From Gemmatimonadota bacterium (GTDB taxonomy: Bacteria; Gemmatimonadota; Gemmatimonadetes; Gemmatimonadales; GWC2-71-9), in the NCBI GenBank assembly GCA_039591655.1, contig JBDHDE010000002.1, positions 1 through 64,000 of the forward strand: a stretch of DNA of 64,000 bases, given 5' to 3'. A program made the position numbers and the translations under genes. The notes under the pieces were generated by a model. The model worked only from the letters and a program-made list of their open reading frames with translations, made no database searches and had not been told where the DNA came from. Below, piece after piece: positions 54,301 to 64,000 of the stretch (positions are counted from its first letter, which is position 1; every line of letters starts with the position of its first letter).

Positions 54301-55832
54301 GCTCGCCCCTCTTCCGTCCCCCGGACCGTGGTGAACGACTCCTGCGGACCCCGAACCTGCTCCACCAGCGCCTCTGCCGACGCCTCCACCCGGTGGAGGA
54401 ACGGCGCGGGATAGACGCCGATCCAGACGATGAGCACGATCAACGGCACCAGCACCAGCAGCTCGCGCCGCGACAGATCAGGCATCCCCTCGTTCTCGGG
54501 CTTGTCGAGCTTGTTGTAGATGATCCGCTGCAGGGCCCGCAACAGGTACATGGCCGCGACGATGACGCCGGTCGCTGCGATCACTACGGCCCACGGATAG
54601 ACGCCGAACGATCCCACGAGCACCAGGAACTCCCCGATGAAGCCGTTGGTCCCCGGCAACCCCACGGAGGACAAGGCCACGATGGTCAGCACCGTCGCCA
54701 GCATCGGGACCACCCTGGCCAACCCGCCAAAGGCAGCGATCTCCCTGGTGTGGGCCCGCTCATACAGCATCCCGGCGAGGAAGAACAGTGCTCCCGTGGA
54801 GACCCCATGGCTGATCATGATGATGATCGCCCCCTCCACGCTCTGCACCGTCACCGCCCAGATCCCGAGCATCACGAATCCGAGATGCGCCACGGACGAG
54901 TAGGCGACCAGCTTCTTGAAGTCGGGCTGCACCATGGCGACCAGCCCGCCGTAGATGATCCCCACGACCGCGAGTATCACCACGACGTTGACGACCGCCG
55001 GATCCAGAACCACCTGCGGGAAGAAAGGCAGCGCGAACCGCAGGAATCCGTACGTCCCCATCTTCAGGAGGATGCCGGCCAGGATCACGGACCCGGCGGT
55101 GGGGGCCTCGACGTGGGCATCCGGGAGCCACGTGTGGAACGGAAACAGCGGGACCTTGATCGCGAACGCCAGGAAGAACGCGCCGAACAGCCAGAACGCC
55201 CCGCGATACGTCACCGCGATGTTCGCCAGGATGTGGTCGTACGCGAACGAGTAGGTACCGGTCGCGCGTCCCACCTGGTAGTTGATGGTCAGGATCGCCA
55301 CCAGCATGAGCAGCGACCCGACGAAGGTGAACACGAAGAACTTGATCGCGGCGTACAACCGTCGCGGCCCACCCCAAACCCCGATGATGAAGTACATCGG
55401 GATCAGCATGATCTCCCAGAACACGTAGAACACGAAGAGATCGAGGGCGACGAAGACCCCCAACATGCCTGTAGTGAGCACGAGGAGCAACGCATAGTAC
55501 CCACGCTGCCGCTCCTTGATGTAGTTCCAGCTACCGAGCACGGCGAGCGGCATCGTGAACGTCGTGAGCAGCACCATGAAGAGCGAGATGCCGTCCAGCC
55601 CGAGACGGAACCACACACCCCAGCCCGGGATCCACGGCCGCGCGACTTCGAACTGCATGGCCGCCGTCCCCGGCTCGAACACCCACCAGAGGGGCACCGA
55701 CAGCAGGAACTCCGCCGTGGCCGCCACGACAGCCACCCACTTGGCCTCCCGCTCCGGGCGGAGCAACACGACGAGCCCCGCCACCAGGGGAAGGGCCAGC
55801 AACCCGTCGAGCACCCAAGCCTCGTAGTTCAT
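54288..55832 (-). CDS. nuoM: NADH-quinone oxidoreductase subunit M
   Basis: FYVFWE, PFHTWLPDAHVEAP, LKMGTYG, AYSSVAH. Confidence 0.96.
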   Translation of the reverse strand: MNYEAWVLDGLLALPLVAGLVVLLRPEREAKWVAVVAATAEFLLSVPLWWVFEPGTAAMQFEVARPWIPGWGVWFRLGLDGISLFMVLLTTFTMPLAVLGSWNYIKERQRGYYALLLVLTTGMLGVFVALDLFVFYVFWEIMLIPMYFIIGVWGGPRRLYAAIKFFVFTFVGSLLMLVAILTINYQVGRATGTYSFAYDHILANIAVTYRGAFWLFGAFFLAFAIKVPLFPFHTWLPDAHVEAPTAGSVILAGILLKMGTYGFLRFALPFFPQVVLDPAVVNVVVILAVVGIIYGGLVAMVQPDFKKLVAYSSVAHLGFVMLGIWAVTVQSVEGAIIIMISHGVSTGALFFLAGMLYERAHTREIAAFGGLARVVPMLATVLTIVALSSVGLPGTNGFIGEFLVLVGSFGVYPWAVVIAATGVIVAAMYLLRALQRIIYNKLDKPENEGMPDLSRRELLVLVPLIVLIVWIGVYPAPFLHRVEASAEALVEQVRGPQESFTTVRGTEEGRAWDR

Positions 55833-55836
55833 AGCA

Positions 55837-57816
55837 CTACCCCGTCACCACCCGGAGCAGGATCAGCGCAGCCAGCACGAAGAGGAACATGTACGTGCCC
55901 ACGTACCCGGTCTGGAGCCGGCTGCCGATCCATCCCATGGCCCGAGCGAACGTCGCGGACCCGTTCGCGGCGAACCCGTCGATGATGCCTTTGTCCACCA
56001 CCTTCCACAGCACATTCTCCGAAAACCACATGATGGGCCGCACGATCAGCGTGTCGTAGATCTCATCCACGTACCACTTGTTTACGAGCACTTTCTGGAT
56101 TCCCGATTCCGCCGGCGCCTCGCGCGCCGGCTTCAGCCGCTCGGGCTTGAGCAGCTGCCAGGCTCCCGCGATGCCGAGCGCCACCACCACCGTGGCTAGA
56201 CCCACGAGGGCCCACTCGGTGCCATGGGAGAGATGCGCTTCCGGCAAGTAGCGGGCACCCAGCTCGGTAACCGGCTCCATCCAGTGGTGCAGCCACCCGC
56301 TGCCGGGGAGGATCTCCGGCAGGTTGATTACGCCCGCGACGATACTGCCGATCGCCAGCGCCACCAGCGGCCCCGTCATGACCCACGGGGCCTCGTGCAG
56401 GTGCCTCTCCTCCTCGGTACCCGTCCGGTTGGGCCCGTGGAAGGTGTAGATCATCAGCCGGGTCATGTAGAAGGCTGTGAGCAGTGCCGTCACGACACCC
56501 ACCGCCCACAGCACGTAGAAGGCCGAGGCCTCGTGGCCCCGGGCGAAGGTCGCCGCCAGGATCTCATCCTTGGAGAAGAACCCCGACAATCCCGGTACCC
56601 CCGCGATCGCCAGCGTAGCCACCCACATCAGCGCCGCCGTCCACGGCATCCAGCGACGGAGGCCGCCCATGTTGCGCATGTCCTGGGCATCCTCGTGCCG
56701 GTTCGAATGGTGATACGCGTGATGCAACGCATGGATCACGCTGCCCGATCCGAGGAACAGCAGTGCCTTGAAGAAGGCGTGGGTGGTGAGGTGAAACATG
56801 CCCGCGGCGTACGCTCCGACGCCCACGCCCATGAACATGTAGCCGAGCTGCGAGACGGTGGAGTACGCCAGCACCTTCTTGATGTCCCACTGCTTCAGTG
56901 CGACTGTCGCCGCGAACAGCGCCGTCACGGTTCCTACCGCGGCCACGACAAAGCTCGACACGGGCGCCATGGCAAACAGGACATTGGTCCGGGCCACCAG
57001 GTAGACGCCCGCCGTCACCATCGTCGCCGCGTGGATCAGGGCCGAAACCGGCGTCGGGCCCGCCATGGCATCAGGAAGCCAGGTGTACAACGGAATCTGA
57101 GCCGACTTGCCGACACATCCCAGGAAGAGCGCGAGGGTAATCAGCGTGATTGTGGTACCGCCGATGGCGAACGCCCGCGGCGCCTGCTCGAACACCGCCG
57201 TGAACGATAGGCTTCCCACCGCATGGAAGATCAGGAACATCGCTACCATGAAGCCGACATCCCCGATCCGATTCATGATGAACGCCTTCTTGCCGGCGTT
57301 CGCGTAGTCCTGGTTCTCGAACCAGAAGCCGATGAGCAGGTAACTGCAGAGCCCCACCCCCTCCCATCCCACAAACATCACGGGGAAATTGGCCCCGAGC
57401 ACCAGCATCAGCATGAAGAAGACGAACAGATTGAGATACGCGAAGTACCGCGGATACCCCGGATCCTCGCCCATGTAGCCGACGCTGAAGATGTGGATCA
57501 GCGCGCTCACACCCGTCACCACGAGCAGCATCACGGCCGACAGCTGATCCACCTGCAGCGCGAACGCGACCTCGAGGTTGCCCGCCGGAATCCACCGCCA
57601 GTACGTGAGCACGTAGGGCGCGTCGTTCGGCTGCGAGGCGAGCCCGACTACGACCGCGAGAGCGGCGAGGAATGACAGGATCAACACGCCCACACCGATC
57701 GTGCTAACGGTCCGCTTGGCGTCGCGGCGCAGCAGGGCGATGGACCCGTTCACCAGGAATCCCAGCAACGGGAACAGCAACACCAACCACACCCACCCGA
57801 CCGATGCCGGCATCAT
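55837..57816 (-). CDS. nuoL: NADH-quinone oxidoreductase subunit L
   Basis: [43 protein letters not shown]. Confidence 0.96.
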   Translation of the reverse strand: MMPASVGWVWLVLLFPLLGFLVNGSIALLRRDAKRTVSTIGVGVLILSFLAALAVVVGLASQPNDAPYVLTYWRWIPAGNLEVAFALQVDQLSAVMLLVVTGVSALIHIFSVGYMGEDPGYPRYFAYLNLFVFFMLMLVLGANFPVMFVGWEGVGLCSYLLIGFWFENQDYANAGKKAFIMNRIGDVGFMVAMFLIFHAVGSLSFTAVFEQAPRAFAIGGTTITLITLALFLGCVGKSAQIPLYTWLPDAMAGPTPVSALIHAATMVTAGVYLVARTNVLFAMAPVSSFVVAAVGTVTALFAATVALKQWDIKKVLAYSTVSQLGYMFMGVGVGAYAAGMFHLTTHAFFKALLFLGSGSVIHALHHAYHHSNRHEDAQDMRNMGGLRRWMPWTAALMWVATLAIAGVPGLSGFFSKDEILAATFARGHEASAFYVLWAVGVVTALLTAFYMTRLMIYTFHGPNRTGTEEERHLHEAPWVMTGPLVALAIGSIVAGVINLPEILPGSGWLHHWMEPVTELGARYLPEAHLSHGTEWALVGLATVVVALGIAGAWQLLKPERLKPAREAPAESGIQKVLVNKWYVDEIYDTLIVRPIMWFSENVLWKVVDKGIIDGFAANGSATFARAMGWIGSRLQTGYVGTYMFLFVLAALILLRVVTG

Positions 57817-58109
57817 CCCCTCAGCAGATTGATCTCTCTGACGTCGACCGTGCTCTTGTGTCGGTAGATCCCGATCATGATAGCGAGACCGACCACCGCT
57901 TCGGCTGCGGCGACTGCCATCACGAAGAACACGATCACCTGACCCTCACGGCCCAACTGCTGTGCCAACGCGATGAACGCGAGGTTCGCCGCGTTCAGCA
58001 TCAGCTCGATGCACATGAAGATCACGATGGCATTCCGGCGGAACAGCACCCCGGCTACGCCGAGGCTGAACAGGATGGCCGAAAGACCCAGCGATGGTCC
58101 GAGGAGCAC
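57813..58109 (-). CDS. nuoK: NADH-quinone oxidoreductase subunit K
   Basis: [20 protein letters not shown]. Confidence 0.95.
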   Translation of the reverse strand: MLLGPSLGLSAILFSLGVAGVLFRRNAIVIFMCIELMLNAANLAFIALAQQLGREGQVIVFFVMAVAAAEAVVGLAIMIGIYRHKSTVDVREINLLRG

Positions 58110-58637
58110 TTAGAGCCTCCTCTTCGCCAGCACCACCGCCCCCACAATAGCGGCGAGCAGCAGCACTGAAGTGATCTCAAACGGTACGAGAAAATCGCGG
58201 AACAAGGGCTCCGCGATGACCCCAACGGCTCCCTGCTCCTCCGTCATCTGCACGATGACCTCCCGGGGCAGCCGGATCTCCTCCGCTGGGGCGATTCGCG
58301 TCAGCACCCACAACTCCATGGCGAGAAGCGTCCCCACCGCCAGCATGACGAGACGGCCCGTCCATCCCAGCATGTCGGTCCCGGCGTCGCGCCCGAGGTT
58401 GAGGAGCATGATCACGAACAGGAACAACACCATGATCGCGCCGGCGTACACCAGAACCTGAATCGCGGCGATGAAATGCGCGTCGAGGAGCACGAAGATC
58501 GCCGCGAGGGCGAACAGGGTGCTCACGAGCCACAGCGCGCTCGCCACCGGACTCCGGCGCGTGATGCAGAAGAAGGCCGAAATGACGGCGACGGAGGCGA
58601 AGAACCAGAAGACGGCTTCGATCTGAGTCACGATCAC
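58110..58637 (-). CDS. nuoJ: NADH-quinone oxidoreductase subunit J
   Basis: QVLVYAGAIMVLFLFVIM, PFEITSVLLL. Confidence 0.95.
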   Translation of the reverse strand: MIVTQIEAVFWFFASVAVISAFFCITRRSPVASALWLVSTLFALAAIFVLLDAHFIAAIQVLVYAGAIMVLFLFVIMLLNLGRDAGTDMLGWTGRLVMLAVGTLLAMELWVLTRIAPAEEIRLPREVIVQMTEEQGAVGVIAEPLFRDFLVPFEITSVLLLAAIVGAVVLAKRRL

Positions 58638-59143
58638 TCACCCTTGGGATCCGAGGGATCCCAGAGTGTGGATACCGGATGCGTCTGAGCGCAAAGCCGC
58701 TCCAGGTCGTACACGAACCGATCGCGCTCGTACTCCGAATTCTCGTAGTGCACGCCCACGTGAATGGCTTCCTCGGGACATACCTCCTGGCAGTACCCGC
58801 AGAACACACAACGGAACTCGTCGATCTCGTAGATCAGCGGATACCGGTGGCCCTCCTCATCCTCACCCGGCACCAGCTTGATGCAGTTGGCGGGACAGAT
58901 CTGCGGGCAGAGACCACATGCTACACACTTCGCGCGGCCCTGCTCATCCGTCAGCATCCGGTGCGTCCCACGCCAGCGCGGCGCGAGGGTCCACGTATCC
59001 GTGGACTTCTGCTCCGGGTACTGCATCGTCCATTTCCTCTGCATCAGATGCCGGAACGTGAGGGCCATCCCCTTGACCGCGGCCCGCAGGTAGGAGACCT
59101 CGCTGTCAGGGCGCTTCATGACCTTGACGCCGATCGCCATCAC
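58634..59143 (-). CDS. nuoI: NADH-quinone oxidoreductase subunit I
   Basis: CVACGLC...CP and CVFCGYC...CP ferredoxin motifs. Confidence 0.95.
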   Translation of the reverse strand: MMAIGVKVMKRPDSEVSYLRAAVKGMALTFRHLMQRKWTMQYPEQKSTDTWTLAPRWRGTHRMLTDEQGRAKCVACGLCPQICPANCIKLVPGEDEEGHRYPLIYEIDEFRCVFCGYCQEVCPEEAIHVGVHYENSEYERDRFVYDLERLCAQTHPVSTLWDPSDPKGE

Positions 59144-60354
59144 GCCCTCCGTTCCCGCCGGGCGTGCTGGCCGACGATCAAGCGGTCAACATCGATGATT
59201 CGCGCCACCACGACGAGCACCACTACGTTCAGCCCAAAGAGCGCGAAACCGTACACCTCATTCTGCCGCAACCCCAGCTCGTCCAGCGTCCAGACGGCCG
59301 TCGCGATGATCATGATGTACGACAGCGCCATCGGCAGCATGACCTTCCACCCCAGCGACATCAGCTGGTCGTACCGGAACCGTGGCAGGGTCCAACGCAC
59401 CCAGATGTACCAGAAGACGAAGAAGAAGGTCTTGCCCAGGAAGACGATCAGCGTCGCTAGCGACTTGAGCACGGTCGGCTCACCCTGGTCCCAGCTCGTG
59501 AACGGAATGTCCCATCCGCCGAAGAACAGGGTCGCGATGAGAGCCGACATCGTGATCAATGCCCCATACTCCGCCAGGAAGAACATGGCGAAACGCATGG
59601 AGCTGTACTCCGTGTGATAGCCCCCCACCAGTTCACTCTCCGCTTCGGGCAGATCGAACGGCAAGCGATTGCCTTCCGCCAAAGCCGATACCGCGAACAA
59701 CACGAACCCGAAGGTGAGGGCGATCACGAACCACACGGTCTGCTGCTGGTAGGCGATGACCTCGTTCAGGGTCACGTCACCCACCAGGATCAGCACGGCG
59801 ATGACGCTCATCCCGAGCGCGATCTCGTAGCTGATCATTTGCGCGCTCGAGCGCAGCCCACCCAGGAACGAGTACTTGTTGCCCGAGGACCACCCCGCCA
59901 TCACGACGCCGTACACTGCGAGGCTCGAGATGGCCAGGATGAAGAGCAGGCCTATTGAGATGTCGGCCACGATCATGGGCATCGGGCCGTCGAATACGAA
60001 GCGCCCCAGCAGCGGCACAGTGAAATCGAACGACAGCGGAAGGGGGGCCGCAAACGGGATCACGGCGAACAGAATCAAGGAGGGCACGAAGGACATTCCC
60101 GGGGCCAGCAAGAACAACACCCGGTCCGCCTGCCCGGGCAGTGTCTCCTCCTTGACGAAGTTCTTGATGCCGTCGGCGATGGGCTGGTACAGCCCCTGCG
60201 GCCCCGCCCGGTTGGGCCCCAGCCGGTTCTGGATCCACGCAGCCACCCGTCGCTCCAGCCAGGTCACGAACGCCACGCCCAAGAGGAGCGCGAAGAAGAC
60301 CACCACCAGCTTCACGACGCCGACCAGCAGGAATCCCTTGAGTTCTGGCGTCAC
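59140..60354 (-). CDS. nuoH: NADH-quinone oxidoreductase subunit H
   Basis: ERR, GPNR, ADG.K, QMISYE, PFDLPEAESEL, PRFRYDQL. Confidence 0.96.
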   Translation of the reverse strand: MTPELKGFLLVGVVKLVVVFFALLLGVAFVTWLERRVAAWIQNRLGPNRAGPQGLYQPIADGIKNFVKEETLPGQADRVLFLLAPGMSFVPSLILFAVIPFAAPLPLSFDFTVPLLGRFVFDGPMPMIVADISIGLLFILAISSLAVYGVVMAGWSSGNKYSFLGGLRSSAQMISYEIALGMSVIAVLILVGDVTLNEVIAYQQQTVWFVIALTFGFVLFAVSALAEGNRLPFDLPEAESELVGGYHTEYSSMRFAMFFLAEYGALITMSALIATLFFGGWDIPFTSWDQGEPTVLKSLATLIVFLGKTFFFVFWYIWVRWTLPRFRYDQLMSLGWKVMLPMALSYIMIIATAVWTLDELGLRQNEVYGFALFGLNVVVLVVVARIIDVDRLIVGQHARRERRA

Positions 60355-61934
60355 CGGGACACCTCCGCCGGGCTCGCATCCAGCACTGCTCCTCTGTATC
60401 CGAGCCTCTGATACGTCAACCCGGCGAATGCCGCCTCGCCGGCAGCGAGACGCTCGAACGCCTCGCCCGCGCTTGCCAACGGCTCACCCCGTCCCAATTC
60501 CGCCAGGAGCTCACCTAGAACCCACCAGGCGGGTCGCGCCATTCCCGGTCCGGTCTTTGCCTGCAAGTAGCGCTGCACCCGGCGATCACGATTCACGAAC
60601 GTCCCATCCTCCTCGGCCACGTTCGTGACGGGGAGCACCACGCGGGCTGCCCTACCCGCATCCGGCAGCGTCGTGCCGAGATACACCACGTTGCCCGCCT
60701 GCGCGAGCGCCTCCCGCGTCACGCCGTCGAGGCCCTCGTCCAGCACGACGACCAGGGCGGCATCAGCGACGGCGCGCAAAGCCGCGTCGAAGTCCTCCTG
60801 GAAGCCCAACAGAACTGCCCCGGTGGCGTTGGGTGCCCGCTCCTCGCGCAGCGCGAGGCCCGGCACCCCGGCCAACGTAACCTCGCCTCCAACCCGCTTC
60901 ATCCGGAACGCGCCAGTGACGTCGAAGCCCTCGAGCACCCCCCTCGCGAGGTACAGCGCCTCACTGGAAGTACCGGGGGAGACGAGGGCCACGGCCTTGC
61001 CGCTGGCACCCTTCACGACCTGGGCGGCCCGGGCCAGGGCGTGATCCCAATCGACCGCCACCAGCTCACCGTTCTCCGCCACCAATGGGGCCTCAATCCG
61101 ATCGCCCCGGTTCATCCAGCGATACTCGCTGCGCCCCTGATCACAGATGAAGTACCGGTTGACCTCCAGATTGGGCCGCGGCCGCAGACGGACTACCACG
61201 TTGCTGCGGGTGTCGATGTTGACGTTGCAGCCCTGCGAGCAGCCCGTGCACACACTGGCCGTCTTGTCCAGCTCCCACGCCCGGGCCTTGTGCAGGAAGT
61301 CCTTCGAGAGCAGCGATCCCACCGGGCAGAGATCAACCACGTTCCCCGCCCATGGATGGTCCAGCTGCCGGTCGACGTGTATCCCGATGTGTGCGCGGTC
61401 CCCCCGCTCACTGACGTTGAGGATCGGCTCCTCGGCCACGTGGTCCATGAACCGCACGCATCGGGTGCACAGGATGCAGCGGTTGGGCACGTACAGGATG
61501 TCGCCTCCGAAATCCTCCACCGGGTTGAAGCGCTTGGGGAAGGCCGGCGTATAGCGGGTGCGCGCCCGCCCCTCTTGGAACACGTAGTCCTGGAGCTCGC
61601 ACTCACCCGCCTGATCGCAAATGGGACAGTCCAGCGGGTGGTTGATGAGCAGGAACTCGAGCACTCCCTCTCGGGCCTTCGCTGCCTGCTCGGTGTAGAC
61701 ATGCACCTTCTGACCCTCGGCCACGGTGGTAGCGCAGCCGGGGGCCAACTTCGGCATCCCCTCGACCTCCACCAGGCACATCCGGCACACCCCGACGATG
61801 GGGAGGCCGGGATGGTAGCAGTAATGGGGGATCAGCACCCCAGCCTGCTTCGCCGCCTCGAGGATCATCGTCCCCTTGGGGACCGTGACCTCGACGCCTT
61901 CGATCGTCAGTGTGACCAGTTCTCGTTCCGCCAT
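60351..61934 (-). CDS. nuoG: NADH-quinone oxidoreductase subunit G (shortened)
   Basis: CYHP, CRMC, HPLDCPICDQAGEC, CILCTRC, CPVG, CTGCSQGC; ATG 61934. Confidence 0.9.
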   Translation of the reverse strand: MAERELVTLTIEGVEVTVPKGTMILEAAKQAGVLIPHYCYHPGLPIVGVCRMCLVEVEGMPKLAPGCATTVAEGQKVHVYTEQAAKAREGVLEFLLINHPLDCPICDQAGECELQDYVFQEGRARTRYTPAFPKRFNPVEDFGGDILYVPNRCILCTRCVRFMDHVAEEPILNVSERGDRAHIGIHVDRQLDHPWAGNVVDLCPVGSLLSKDFLHKARAWELDKTASVCTGCSQGCNVNIDTRSNVVVRLRPRPNLEVNRYFICDQGRSEYRWMNRGDRIEAPLVAENGELVAVDWDHALARAAQVVKGASGKAVALVSPGTSSEALYLARGVLEGFDVTGAFRMKRVGGEVTLAGVPGLALREERAPNATGAVLLGFQEDFDAALRAVADAALVVVLDEGLDGVTREALAQAGNVVYLGTTLPDAGRAARVVLPVTNVAEEDGTFVNRDRRVQRYLQAKTGPGMARPAWWVLGELLAELGRGEPLASAGEAFERLAAGEAAFAGLTYQRLGYRGAVLDASPAEVSR

Positions 61935-61938
61935 ATCC

Positions 61939-63243
61939 TCACACCGCGGCCAACATCGGGCGGCGAGCACCCTCGGTGTAGGCCTCGAATTCGTTCCGGA
62001 ACTTGCTGACTGCGCTCATAGCCACAGCGGCACAGGAGTCACTGAGCACGCAGATGGTCTTGCCCGTCATCTGCTCGCCCAGGTCCATGAGCAGATCGAG
62101 GTCCCGCGTCTCCCCCTCACCCGCGAGGATCTTCTGCAGGATGCGCACGGTCCATCCGGTGCCCTCCCGGCACTGCGTGCACTGGGCACAGGACTCGTGG
62201 GCATAGAACCTAGCCGTACGCATCGTCTGGTACACCATGTCGGCGGTCTCGTCGAATACGATCACTCCGCCCGAGCCCAGCATGGTCCCGACCTCCACGC
62301 AGCCCTCGTAATCGAGCACGCACGCCTCGGCTTCCTCGCGATTGAGGTACGGCACCGACGACCCTCCAGGCACCACCGCCTTGAGCGCTCCGTGTTGCAC
62401 CCCGCCACACAGGTCGTAGATCAGGTCCTTGAGCGGGAAGCCCATCTCAACTTCGAAGTTCCCGGGCTTGTTCACCTGCCCACACACGCTGAGCAGCTTG
62501 GTGCCCGTACTCTTGGGATTCGAGAGGCTCAGCGACTTGTACCACTGGGCTCCCCGGTTGATGATGTGCAGCACCGAGGCGAGCGTCTCGACGTTGTTGA
62601 TGGTGGTGGGTCGGCCGAACACGCCGTACGCGGCCGGGAACGGTGGCCGGATCCGTGGATTGCCGCGCTTGCCCTCGATGGAGTTCATCAGCGCGGTCTC
62701 CTCACCACAGATGTACGCCCCCGCACCCCGGTGGATGTACATGTCCAGGCGCTTCCCTTTCCCCATCGCGTTCTTCCCCAGCACACCCTTGGCATAGGCC
62801 TCATCGAGGGCCTGCTGCATCACGGCTATGGGCTCGGTGAACTCGCCCCGGATGTAGATGTAGGTGATCTCGGCCTGGATGGCGTACTGCGCGATGGCCG
62901 CCCCCTCGATGAGCGCATGGGGCGTCCACCGCATGATCTCGCGGTCCTTGAAGGTGCCTGGCTCGGACTCATCGGCATTGGCACATAGATAGTGGGGGCC
63001 CTTCCTCTCCTTGGGCATGAAGCCCCATTTCACCCCGGCCGGGAACCCGGCGCCCCCACGCCCGCGTAGTCCGGACTCCCTCACTTCAGTGATGACATCC
63101 TGCGGGTCCATGGAGAGCGCCTTCTCCAACGCCTGGTACCCGCCTCGCTTGATCCACCCGTCGTACGTGCGGGCCTCGGGATCGCCGAAGTGCTCGCTGA
63201 GAACGCGTGTTTCCTTGGGATGTGGCTCGTGCGGATAGCCCAT
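61939..63243 (-). CDS. nuoF: NADH-quinone oxidoreductase subunit F
   Basis: GRGGAGFP, NADESEPGTFKDR, GAGAYICGEE, ESCAQCTQCREG. Confidence 0.96.
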   Translation of the reverse strand: MGYPHEPHPKETRVLSEHFGDPEARTYDGWIKRGGYQALEKALSMDPQDVITEVRESGLRGRGGAGFPAGVKWGFMPKERKGPHYLCANADESEPGTFKDREIMRWTPHALIEGAAIAQYAIQAEITYIYIRGEFTEPIAVMQQALDEAYAKGVLGKNAMGKGKRLDMYIHRGAGAYICGEETALMNSIEGKRGNPRIRPPFPAAYGVFGRPTTINNVETLASVLHIINRGAQWYKSLSLSNPKSTGTKLLSVCGQVNKPGNFEVEMGFPLKDLIYDLCGGVQHGALKAVVPGGSSVPYLNREEAEACVLDYEGCVEVGTMLGSGGVIVFDETADMVYQTMRTARFYAHESCAQCTQCREGTGWTVRILQKILAGEGETRDLDLLMDLGEQMTGKTICVLSDSCAAVAMSAVSKFRNEFEAYTEGARRPMLAAV

Positions 63244-63271
63244 TACGCCCCCTGCCCCGCGCCGCCCCGGC

Positions 63272-63766
63272 TCACTGGTACCTCTGCAGGAGCTCTGGCA
63301 CCGATTCCGGTGTCACGCTCTCGATGAAGTCGTCGTTGACCATCACCGGCGTGGGGAATCCGCACGCTCCGAGGCATTCGACCTCGATGACTGTGTACTT
63401 CCCATCGGGCGAGGTGGCGCCCAACTCCCCGCAGCCGGTGTGCTCCAGGAACGCGCTCACCACGTCCTCGGCACCCACCACGTTGCAGCACGTTGTCGTA
63501 CACACTTGGATGAAGTGCGTCCCAACCGGGTGCTGGTGATACATGGTGTAGAACGTCACCACACCCTTCACGTAGGCCGGGGTGAGATCCAGCACCTCGG
63601 CCACCTCCGCCATCGCTTCGTCGGAGATCCAGCCGCGCGCCTGCTGCACCATCCACAGCGCGGGCAGCAGCCCGGCGGCCTTCGCCTCGTACCGCTGCAG
63701 GATCTCCTCGATCTGCTTCCGTCGCTTGCCCGTGAACACGGGCTCGTAAGTCGTCGTCTCGTGCAT
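63272..63766 (-). CDS. nuoE: NADH-quinone oxidoreductase subunit E
   Basis: TFY, QVCTTTCC, ECLGAC; ATG 63766. Confidence 0.93.
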   Translation of the reverse strand: MHETTTYEPVFTGKRRKQIEEILQRYEAKAAGLLPALWMVQQARGWISDEAMAEVAEVLDLTPAYVKGVVTFYTMYHQHPVGTHFIQVCTTTCCNVVGAEDVVSAFLEHTGCGELGATSPDGKYTVIEVECLGACGFPTPVMVNDDFIESVTPESVPELLQRYQ

Positions 63767-63794
63767 CACTCGTTTCCGCCCCGGCCCAAGGCCC

Positions 63795-64000
63795 CTAGCG
63801 GTCGATCTCTCCCAATACGATATCCACGCTGGCATTGATCGCGATCAGATCGGCCAGCAGGTGCCCTTCGGCCATCTTGGGCAGCGCCGCCAGATTGATG
63901 AGCGACGGCGGCCGGATACGCCACCGAACGGGCTTCGCCGTTCCGTCGGACACGAAGTAGGTGCCCAGCTCCCCTTTGCCGTTCTCGATGGGGAAGTACA
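63795..64000 (-). CDS. nuoD: NADH-quinone oxidoreductase subunit D (C-terminal part; runs off window)
   Basis: Minus-strand translation ...ENGKGELG...RWRIRPPS...ADLIAINASVDIVLGEIDR*. Confidence 0.93.
   Translation of the reverse strand, partial: YFPIENGKGELGTYFVSDGTAKPVRWRIRPPSLINLAALPKMAEGHLLADLIAINASVDIVLGEIDR

Overview
GC-rich (about 70% by eye) bacterial chromosome segment; gene content and order suggest a Gemmatimonadota-like diderm (inference, no database search). The window appears to span the replication terminus. Apart from one island gene, genes run on the + strand from 1 to 15.6 kb and on the - strand from 15.9 to 64 kb, and a clear XerC/D dif site (15710-15737) lies at the convergence, with a perfect DnaA box 15 bp away. 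The left arm has two TPR/FxLYD-type paralogues, tRNA-Gly(CCC) carrying a 1.57-kb integrase-less mini-island (42-bp direct repeats, lipoprotein metallophosphatase, gene relic), a PAS hybrid kinase, DUF512-der-plsY-gpsA-merR-surE-pcm-dedA-acyP-apt, tRNA-Arg(CCT) and a YfgM-like gene. The right arm, in transcription order, has nuoD(partial)-N, PMM/PGM, UPF0182, arcC-sucCD-(PTS IIA-CBS fusion)-ndk, yceD-rpmF-plsX-fabHDG-acpP-fabF, futalosine genes mqnE-A-C, purE, ispF-dedA-xerD-trpG/pabA, kdsB-pyrG-kdsA-lptC-lptA-lptB-rpoN, a polyprenol-linked glycosylation cluster and dapF. The best candidates for novel biology are an LptB with a ~140-aa winged-helix-like N-terminal domain just upstream of rpoN, a PTS-IIA/CBS fusion between sucCD and ndk, a complete GT-A/flippase/YfhO(GT-C) glycosylation system coupled to the LPS-transport operon, and the dif + DnaA-box juxtaposition. 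Product calls rest on motif recognition by eye.
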